Source: Eledone cirrhosa (lineage: Eukaryota). Taken from it: 64,000 nt of DNA. The position numbers were made by a program, and so were the translations under genes. The notes under the pieces were generated by a model that saw only the letters and a list, made by a program, of their open reading frames with translations, did no database searches and had not been told where the DNA came from. Every line of letters starts with the position of its first letter. Within the stretch, counting starts at the first letter, position 1. The stretch lies in NCBI GenBank assembly GCA_964016885.1, contig OZ024740.1:324198001-324262000 (forward strand), written 5' to 3'. Shown here in pieces: positions 54,238-64,000 of the stretch.

Positions 54238-55693
54238 GTCCATGGAAATTTGGTAATAGTCCAAGGCTTGATGTTAAATTTACCCACTCACTGACGCCCC
54301 TTTCGTCACACACACATACATACATACAAGCCCGTGCAAAGCAGGTAACATTTACATGCCCAATGTGAAACCAGAGAAAGAGTGTGTGTGTGTAAGAGAG
54401 AAAGGCCTATGCAAATCTAGTAATAGACTTAGACGAGATGTGAAATTAAATCACCACAAACACACAGCCGTACAATGCTAGTAATGGTCACGGATCTTAT
54501 GTGAAATTTAACCACAAAACACACATCCATACAATTTCAGCCAGATTTCCCACAATAGTCACTGACCTTATATGAAACTTAACCAGCACAAACACACACA
54601 TCCATACAATGCTTTCCCACAGATTTCCCACAACAGGCACGGGCCTCATGTGAAATTTAATCACACACACACACACTTGCAAAAGCTGCTAATAAGCCCA
54701 TATTCATTAAGTATTTTAATAAGTGCTATATACATATGATTTATGTATGAGTTAAGGGTATATTATTTTACTTTTGCTGGTTTCAATCATTTCACTGAGT
54801 CATGCTGAGATATACACGTTTACGGGTATATATTTATATACATGCAGTGTACATGATGTATGCGTAAAGTGTGTGTGTGTGGTGTGTGGTGTGTGTGGTG
54901 TGTGTGTGTGTGTGTTCACGGTACGGAAACCAAGACCATAGATCGCGGTAGTACTTGATGCAAGTTTAGGTCCAGAGCTGGTATAGTAATTAGTGAAATC
55001 CCAACGGAGGCTCCTCTCCGTTTCGTCTGGCCTGCAAGTTACTGGATTCGGAGACAGCAAGCCTGTAAGCCATCAAAAACGTAGTGGACCCTCCGTTAGG
55101 ATTTCACTGTGTGTGTGTCTGTTTGGTTGCCGGCTGAGAGAAAGGAGTGTACTCAATACCAAAGTAAAGTTTTGATATTCATTTATATTAAGGCTAAAAC
55201 GTGGGTCTTGTTACTCTGGTGTTGCCCCCGATGACCCTGTGGTAAACAAGCGAAACTCCAGAGTAACAATACTCACTGTTTAGTCTTAATATAAATGAAT
55301 ATATAAATATATATACACACACACACACAAGTAACAGAACAGGATAAAAGAACTACAAGGCAAGTACAGAGTTTTACGTCGAATTCTTCTTGCTTGCACG
55401 AATTGGATGAATATGCCGGTTGCATGGAGTTAAACGTCTTTTGCAAGTACTCGTGTTTTTCAGCAGTGGTCTAGAGCAATGTGAAATGGAGTGGTTTGCT
55501 GAAGGACTCAACACCATGATACTCGGTCTGGAAATCGAACGCATGAGCTTGTGATCGTGAACAGAGCTCCTTAACCAACTAGATCTCTACACCGCCTCCG
55601 CCAACTCAAAAGTCCCACTAGGCCATCTACACCCTCTGATCAGGCCTTCACACACACGAGAATGTCTGTGTGTGTGTGCGTGTGCGTGTGCGT

Positions 55694-55744
<51 letters not shown>

Positions 55745-56583
55745 GTTGTTGTTGTTGCATACATGTGAGACAGATAGAGAAAGGCACAGAGAGAGAGATA
55801 GATACAAACAGAGGGAGAGAGACGGATAGCTAGATATAAAGAAAGGCAGATAGATAAAAGAGAGATAGATAGATAGAGAGAGAGAGAGCAATAGATAGAA
55901 AGATAGGAAGAGAAAGATAAACAAGAAAGAGTGGTTTATCACATGTTGCTAATATATTTCTATTAGTGTTGCAATGGCAAAACGGACGGAATATAGCGAA
56001 AACTTCTTATCCCAGTCATAATCTCTCTCCACCAGCCTCTACACATCCTGGGACGGTAAATTAGATACCAGTAACAAACTAGGTCCTATTAAATTAACTT
56101 CATTAGATATGTCCTCTACCATCACCCATCGCGGGTCAGATACTAGGGTCACAAATGACACCTGGAACGATGAATTCAGATACTTTTGTCCTATTATATC
56201 CACTAAACTCTCTATATGTCCCAATGTCCCAAACAGTAGTTGTCGCGGTGGTGGTGGTGGTGGTGATGATGGTCCAAATTAAACCGCCCTAAACATAGTC
56301 AGGACAGTTCGTGTACATTTGAATTTCAAGTTAACGACACTCACTCAAATGTTGGCCTTTTTATATTTCTCTTTGATAAAGGCTTATAAGGAAAACGACC
56401 CACCGACATAAATGTGTATATATGTTATACATACACGTCTCTCTCTCTCATGTATATATGTATAAATATATGTGGGTTCCAGTGAACGTATGATTGCATG
56501 TATGTTTATATACCCACACACACACATGTAAGCATATATTCATCATTTAACGTCCGTTTTCCTAGATAGATTGCATAGTTATA

Positions 56584-56623
<40 letters not shown>

Positions 56624-56740
56624 CCGAATTTTAATAAATATAATCGTATATTAAAATATATATACTTCACACACATTTATATATACACATGTACGCGCGA
56701 ATATATAAACGCACGCATGTTTATATACGAACACATGTAC

Positions 56741-56783
<43 letters not shown>

Positions 56784-56930
56784 CAAATCTCTATATATAC
56801 TTGCATATTACATATTGCATGTGATGAAAGAAGGCTCGTTTTTTAAAGACGTGTTTATTTTTTAAACACTTTATATATGTTTTTGTGACACTCTGGTTCA
56901 TTCCGGGTAGGGTGGGTCCCTTTCATTGTA

Positions 56931-56970
<40 letters not shown>

Positions 56971-57239
56971 GTATACAACATGCAGGCGCACGCACACACG
57001 CACCAACGGTCCCATTTGAACGTATAGTGAATGGGTATGATAGATAGAGGAATAGAGAGACAGGCAGAGTCAGAGAGTAGGAAAGACAAATAGACATACA
57101 CATATAGTGGGATAAACATAGCTAGATGGAGAGATATATGTAAGGATAGACAGATAGATGGATAAACATTAAGCGAGATGGATAGATAAATAAATAGCTT
57201 GATGGATAGCAGGATAGACAGAGAGAGAGATGGATAGCT

Positions 57240-57390
57240 AAAGATTTACATGGATAGAGAGACGGGTTGCTAAATATCTACATGGATAGAGAGACGGGTT
57301 GCTAAATATCTACATGGATAGAGAGACGGGTTGCTAAAGATCTACATGGATAGAGAGACGGGTTGCTAAAGATCTACATGGATAGAGAGA
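57240..57390. repeat. 32-bp minisatellite, ~4.5 copies
   Basis: Unit catggatagagagacgggttgctaaatatcta. Confidence 0.9.
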
Positions 57391-57995
57391 CAAAAGTTGA
57401 AATATGGAAGCGGACGGATAGAAAGATACGCGTGTGTATATTTGAACTATATATACATGTGTGCGTAAAATTTATACGTGCACGAGAGCGAACGAGAATG
57501 CATATATACATCTACGAGTGAAAACATGTACACACGTTGAAAGGATATTAAAATTGTGTATAATAGGTTAGATATGGTTGGGTGAGGTTCTTTGGATGAA
57601 GACGATGAGGAAATGGTCAGCTTTTGGGACGGACAGGAAAAGAAAGGATCGAAAAACGTGTATACGGTATTTATATAGCATATTTAGTCGAAATTCATTG
57701 TACACATCTGTGGGTATAAATTTGAAGGTATGTCCCAAAAGGTGTTAAGATATATGAAAATCAAATATGCATTAGACCTTTAATATTTTTTTAAATACCT
57801 AGATGTCTATTGGGCCTGAGTTTGTGACCAGTCATTAAGTGAAACTTGTATTGCAAAGTGAATGAGGTAACTTTTATATAGCATGGTATAAATTTGAAAC
57901 TGAAATATATTAAATATATATAGACAGACAGCGTATATTTAGTCAAAACACTATATATATATATTTATATATCTATAGTGGACATGGCTACTTAC

Positions 57996-58028
57996 ATCCT
58001 TTTCTTCAACAAGTCGCGAAGCAGCCAT
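57996..58028 (-). CDS. Probable first coding exon (MAASRLVEEKD) of a Testin/Prickle/LMCD1-family PET-LIM gene
   Basis: Minus strand reads ttaccATGGCT (strong Kozak), then 11 codons, then GAT|gtaagta (consensus donor) in phase 0. This matches the phase-0 start of the exon at 17424-17512. Linking the two exons is inference. Confidence 0.65.
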
Positions 58029-59767
58029 GGTAATTTATTTTTTATTTTTTTAAATAATTTGTTGTACTTGTTGTTGTTATTCTTCTTCAAGTGTAAATAA
58101 TTCCAATAGTTTAAAGTAAATCCGATGCCTACAACCAAACAACTCCGTAGCTCCACATTGTATATATTATATTAAAACACTCACAACAACTCGACACTAG
58201 CAGCAGCAGCTAGGCTGTGCTAGTAATGGCGGCGGTGACGACGGCGGTAAAACATTCGCAGGGCGCTTTCTTTCCTTCTTTCTCGCTTGCTTTCTTCACT
58301 AAAAGCAGCAGTAGTAATAAGTTTGTACTGGTAGTAGTAGTTGTTGTTGTTGTTCGTCTTATACTACTTGTACTTCTTCGTTTCCATGAGCTTGCTTTCT
58401 TTCTTCACTAATATTAGCAGCAGCAGTAGTAATAAGTTTCTCCTGGTAGTAGTAGCTGTTGTTTTTGTTCGTCTTATACTACTTCTACTTCTCCACGAGC
58501 TTGCTATTTTACTTTCTTCACTTGTAGTAGTTATTGTTGTTCGTCTTGTACCTGAATGGACCTCCGTCGATATAGACGACGAGTGTTGCAGTTGTTCGAT
58601 CAACGGAACAGCCTGCTCATGGAATTTACGTCTACATGGCTGGCCTTTCCACATACACGTGTACCCGTAATGTAATTCTCAGGGAAGTCACGGTGGGTGA
58701 CAAGACTGTGCGTTTGAATTACAGGTACAGTCCATCCGACGGGCTTCCAAACAGTTTCCGTCTACCCAATTTCCCTGATAAGGCTTGGGTCGACCCGAGG
58801 TTATGGTAAATGACACTTGCCTAAGATGCCATGCAGTGAGATCAAGTCTGGGACTTAATGATTGCGAAGCGAACTTCTTAACCATTCGGACATGTTGCGT
58901 CCACTGGTTTTATACACTGTCTTATATTTCTACTACTTCGTCTCCACGAGCTTGCTTTCCGTCTTCACAAGCAGCAGCAGCAATAGTAGTAGTAGTAGTA
59001 GTAGTAGTAGTTATTGTTGTTGTTACTGTTACGGGAATGCGGCAAAGCCTGATGGTTAGGGTGTTGGGCTGACGATCGTAAAGACATGAGTTCGATTCCT
59101 GGACCGGCCGGTGTGTTGTGTCCTTAAGCAAGACACTTCGTTTCACGTTGAAACAGTTTACTCAGTTGAAAAAAAACGAGTACCAACGGCAGATAAAAGT
59201 TAACCCTGCGATGGACTAACGTCCCGTCCAGGGAGAAGGGACCTCTTGTTACCTGTCACTTTACACCAGTAAAACCGGGATAAACTCTAACCTTTTATTA
59301 ACACTTGTTCGCTCTCATCAGTAGTTTGCATGGCCTGTAGTTTATTACCAGAGAGAATGGGGTGATTAGACTTTGTGGGGCCTTTAGCTAAATATTTCGT
59401 CGCGGCCCTTGTCTATTATTGACGGAAGCAAAACATGAATTTTGAGCCCTTTAAATACTTGTTACTGTTATAGTTATTACTATATTGTACTTGCTGTTGT
59501 TGCCGTTACCGTTGTTGTTCTTAGCTTTCTCCACTGTCATCTGTAGTTTAAATTATTTTTGTAGTAGTTATTACTGTATTTTACTTGCTATTGTTGTTGT
59601 TACTGTTTTTGTTGACCGCTGTAGTTATTACTATAGTTATATTAAACTTGTTGATATTGTTACTGTTGTTATTTATTATCGCTCTCGTTAGTCGGTTGAA
59701 TTATGTTTGTAGTAGTTATTTCTGTAGATATTACCATGGACAGATTAAGCTCGTATATTACTTATAG

Positions 59768-59851
<84 letters not shown>

Positions 59852-60027
59852 TGTGCGCGTGTATGTAAGAAAGAGTCGGGGTTCGGCGGCTGAACTCTTG
59901 CCATTTGGACAGCTATTTGCAGATCCTGATATATATACAGGGTGTCCCCCAAAAAATGTATACACATATTTATTAGAATGCTGTTGAAATGAGTATACAC
60001 TTTTTGAGGACACCCTGTGTGTGTATA

Positions 60028-60119
<92 letters not shown>

Positions 60120-60384
60120 CACACACAGGGTGTCTCAAAAGTCGCGATACATAAAAAAATAATTATGTTTTATAAGAAACAATTTATTCAAAATAAATAT
60201 GGAAACTTAAAGATTTCCTGTGTATTGCGACTTTTGGGCCACTCTGTATATATCAAATTTGGAGTCCAGTAAATATTATGGAACCCTCTGGCTGCACCCA
60301 GTCCCCCCCCCCCTACACACACACACACTCTAATCAACCATTGGTTATTTCTGTATTATACTTGCTCTGCTTAATGTTACTATT

Positions 60385-62425
60385 GAAGGTAGGGATTTGT
60401 AGATTGGTTAGAGCACCGGACAAAATACTTCGTAGTTTTTGGTCACGGCTCTTACCTTCTGAGTTTAAATCCCATTGAGGCTAATTTGCTTTTCATTCTT
60501 CCAATGTTGATAAAATAAAATAGCAGTCAAGTACTGGTGGGGTAGGGCGATATAATCGACTTACACTTCCCCTCAAAATTGCTGACATGCCAAAAATGAG
60601 TGACCATTATTGCTGTTGTTACTATTGTTGTCCCCTGTCGTTTGCTGTTTGAGTTATTTCTATTGGGGTTTATATACTTGCTGTTGTAGTTACTGTTATT
60701 GTTGTTATTTTTATTACTACGCTATACTTACTGTTGTTATTGTTGTTACTGACCGTTGCTATCTACGGTTTAAATTATTATTTTTGTTGTAGTTATAACT
60801 AGTTTAATAGATGGCGAATTGGTAGAGTTGTTAGAACGTCGGATAGACTGTTTCGCGATATTCATTTTTGCTCTCTGAACTCTCAAAGTTCAAATCTCAC
60901 CCAGGTCAACTTTGTCTGTCATTCCTTCGCGGTCGATGAAAGGAAAAACAATAAGTACCAGTCCAGTACTGGGATTGTTTCTTCCTCTATATTGTTTTCT
61001 CACTTTCCTTCTCTTTCCCCGGAAGAAATCGGCTGTGTTCAGACCTGGATGGGACTTGGGCTCCCTACAAAGTTTAAAGTGTACAAAACACGTTGTATGT
61101 CACTACGGCGCCACACGACTCCACCAGAAGTTATGTATCTATACATAACTACACATTACTGTATAATAGTTACTGCTATTGTTACTGATGTTGTAGTAAC
61201 TGATGCCGTCCTTTCCACTTGTACGCTAGTGTGTGTAGTTTAAATAATTCGTGTATTAGTTATTACTCTAGTTATACTTAATGTTATTGATGTTACTGTT
61301 CTTATATACTGTTGTTGTATATACTTACTACTGTTGTTGTTGTTACTGTTCTCCTTATCGTCCACTATCAGTTACTGTTTGAATTATTTTTGTAGTAGCT
61401 ATTACTATATTATACTTGCTGTTATTGCTGTTATGTTTATTATTATTATTATTGTTGTTATTGATCTTACCACTTGTACGCTTTAATCTACATTGTAAAT
61501 TGTTGTTATTGTCACTGTTGTTGTTCTTACATGTCCACTGTCGTTTGCTCTAGTTATTCTTGTTGGATTGGCAGTATCGGTAGACGCATAGAGACGGCTC
61601 TTGCCATTCTGAGTTCGAATCCCGCCGAGGTTAACTTTGCCTTTCATCCTTATGGGGTCGATAAAGTACAGTACTAGTAATGTACTGGGTAATTGCTGGC
61701 CTTGTGCCAAAAAGTAGAAACAATTATTGTTGCTGTCCTTACTACATGTCCACTGTCGTCTGCTTTAGTTGTTGTGCTATTACATTATATTAGCTGTAAT
61801 TGTTGTTGTCCTTACTACATGTCCACTGTCGTCTGCTTTAGTTGTTGTCCTATTACATTATATTAGCTGTAATTGTTGTTGTCCTTACTACATGTCCACT
61901 GTCGTCTGCTCTAGTTATTGTTGTCCTTACTACATTATATTAGCTGTAATTCTCATTGTTGTCCTTACCACTGTCATTTGCTCTAGCTATTGTCCTTACT
62001 ACATTATATTTGCTATCATGATTTTTGTTGTCTTTACTACATGTCCACTGTCGTCTGCTCTAGTTATTGTTGTCCTTACTACATGTCTACTGTCGTCTGC
62101 TCTAGTTATTGATGTCCTTACTACATTATATTTGCTGTCATTATTGCTGTTGCTCAAATCCCACCGAGGTTGACTTTGCCTTTCATCCTTACGGGGTCGA
62201 TCAAATAAAGTACCAGTAATGCACTGGGTAATTGCTGGCCTTGTGCCTAAAGTAGAAACAATTATTGCTGTTGCTGTTGAGTTCAAATTCCGCCGAGGTT
62301 AGCTTTGCTTTTCATTCTTACGGGGGTCGATTAAATAAAGTACGAGTCATACACTGGGTAGATTTAATCGACTTTCCCCTTCCTCCAAATTGCTGGCCTT
62401 GTGTCTATATAAGAAACCATTATTG
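60385..62425 (+). mobile_element. Five family-A SINE copies in (GTT/ATT)-rich low-complexity DNA
   Basis: ~60385-60610, 60810-60970, 61563-61728, 62150-62270, 62275-62422. Confidence 0.7.
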
Positions 62426-64000
62426 TTGTTGCTGTTCTTAGCTCTTGTCCGCTGTCGTCTGCTGTTTGAACTATGGTTGTAGTAGTTATTACAATAGTAG
62501 TTTTTAGTGTGTGGGTATTGGTATGTTGTTGTTTGTGAGGTGGTGTTAGTGTGGCGGGAGGTTGTTGTGGTGGTGGTGGTGGTGACGTTGATGTCGGTGG
62601 TGGTGTTAGTGTGGGAGGCGGGTGACGATATCGGTTGTGTTAGTGTGGGAGGGGGGTGACGATATCGGTGGTGTTGTGTGGAAGGGGGGTGACGATGTCG
62701 GTAGCGGTGATGACGTTGTTGGTGGTGCTGCTGCTGTCGTTGTTGGCATTGTTGATACCATTATTATCGTTGCTGTTGTTGTTGTTGTTGTTGCTGATAA
62801 TCTTCCGTCGTTGCTGCTATTGGAAATGTGGTTGTTTTGTTTTAGATCACTCCTGACTAACCGACCTTGCCTTTTACCACAGGCTTTCCAGTCGTGATCA
62901 TCACGTTTAGTTTGTATGATGAATGTATCAATATTACATAATTCAATGTGCTCTTTCTTTTTTGAAATTGTGTGTAATTTAAAGGGGAGTCAGTTGTTAT
63001 TTCTAGCAGAGTCAAGACTATATAGAACAATCCTGGGCAAACGTGTTTTCAGAATGGCACACCTAATTTCAAAATTGCCTTGATGACCAACATCCTATGC
63101 GACCCACTGCTCGATAAAGGTTGTCCATGCCTGATATAGAAGCTCACCGACATTCTCTGAATGTAACGGTTGTTGTTGTTAGTAATGGTTGTGGTGTGTT
63201 GTAACGTTGTTAGTCTTTGCTGGTTAGTTGTATATTTTACGCACTGGGATCGATTTAATCAACCTCACCCCAAATTGTTGGCCTTGTGCCATTAAGAAAA
63301 TATTACATATGACAACTTTTATGGTTGATAAAATTTGATATCATGTGTAAAAGGAAGGAAACCTACTAAACCTTATATTTATAAGTTTAAAGAAAATAGA
63401 GGCAGCAAAACTAGTCTCCTTTACACACATAATTGAGGACCGGCGTGGTAGTGACTTGCTCAGACTAGCGTTGCTACAATAGTCAATGAGATACATGTAG
63501 TACGTGTTCATTATCGATGGAAACCCTTAATCTTATTGCCTCTTTAGTTAATTCTTCAATTTCTTATGTTTCTTCTGTGGATTCGATGATGATTTCAGAT
63601 TATAATAGGCTTCCATAACTAATAGACACGGCACGTGTCTGATTGGGCATTGTAACATTGCAATTCTGCGCATGTCACTTCCACCTTTGTCTCTATACAG
63701 TTGTGTTAATGTAACCAGTTTATCCACCTTAATTGTACTCCATTTTCCTTTCTAAAACGCAATTTTAACCCAGAAATCTTTAAGACTAGGACCCAAACAA
63801 ATTACTGAAACCAGAAACAGAAAATGAAAAAAGGAAATATACGAGTTTTGACACCAGACCTGATTCTGCAATATGAAACTGTTTATTTTAAAGAGTTGAT
63901 ATTTATATTAAAAAAAAGGAACCCTTCCATCATAGTTATATGCCAGGACATATTTTACCAAATATTAACTTAATAATGAGAAAGTTAATTATCTTTCTAA

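Noticed and set aside
56000-56280. Region open on both strands for about 60-80 codons
   Set aside because: No splice signals or recognisable domain.

Overview
Eukaryotic, AT-rich DNA saturated with microsatellites ((TA)n, (CA)n, (GA)n, (CATA)n). The dominant tRNA-derived SINE family and the repeat landscape point to a coleoid cephalopod, probably Octopus (inference). The only host coding sequence I can support is two small minus-strand exons (57996-58028 and 17424-17512). They splice in frame to MAASRLVEEKD-SPDPFQEADKGKICQKCGDQCPGYSPHYWR, the N-terminal Cys-rich motif of the Testin/Prickle/LMCD1 (PET-LIM) family, so most of the window is probably intron. Almost all listed ORFs are microsatellite artefacts. 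The exception is a 5'-truncated R4/Dong-type non-LTR retrotransposon (zinc knuckle plus restriction-like endonuclease) inside a (CATA)n array. Also present are decayed Tx1/L1 and RTE LINE ends, Tc1/mariner-type and TTAA-type MITEs, and several minisatellites. The main unannotated signal is a set of about 16 type I hammerhead ribozyme motifs, mostly minimal with a palindromic stem III, from at least 9 unrelated sequence families. They sit in short non-coding inserts at or near (TA)n runs. Many form fold-back pairs in which one arm carries an extra tail with a shared TTGAGTRC-like motif. This matches Penelope-like-element pseudo-LTR or retrozyme biology, here at high density and diversity inside one gene. 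Repeat boundaries were read by eye and are approximate (about +/-10 bp). Exon and ribozyme coordinates were counted base by base.
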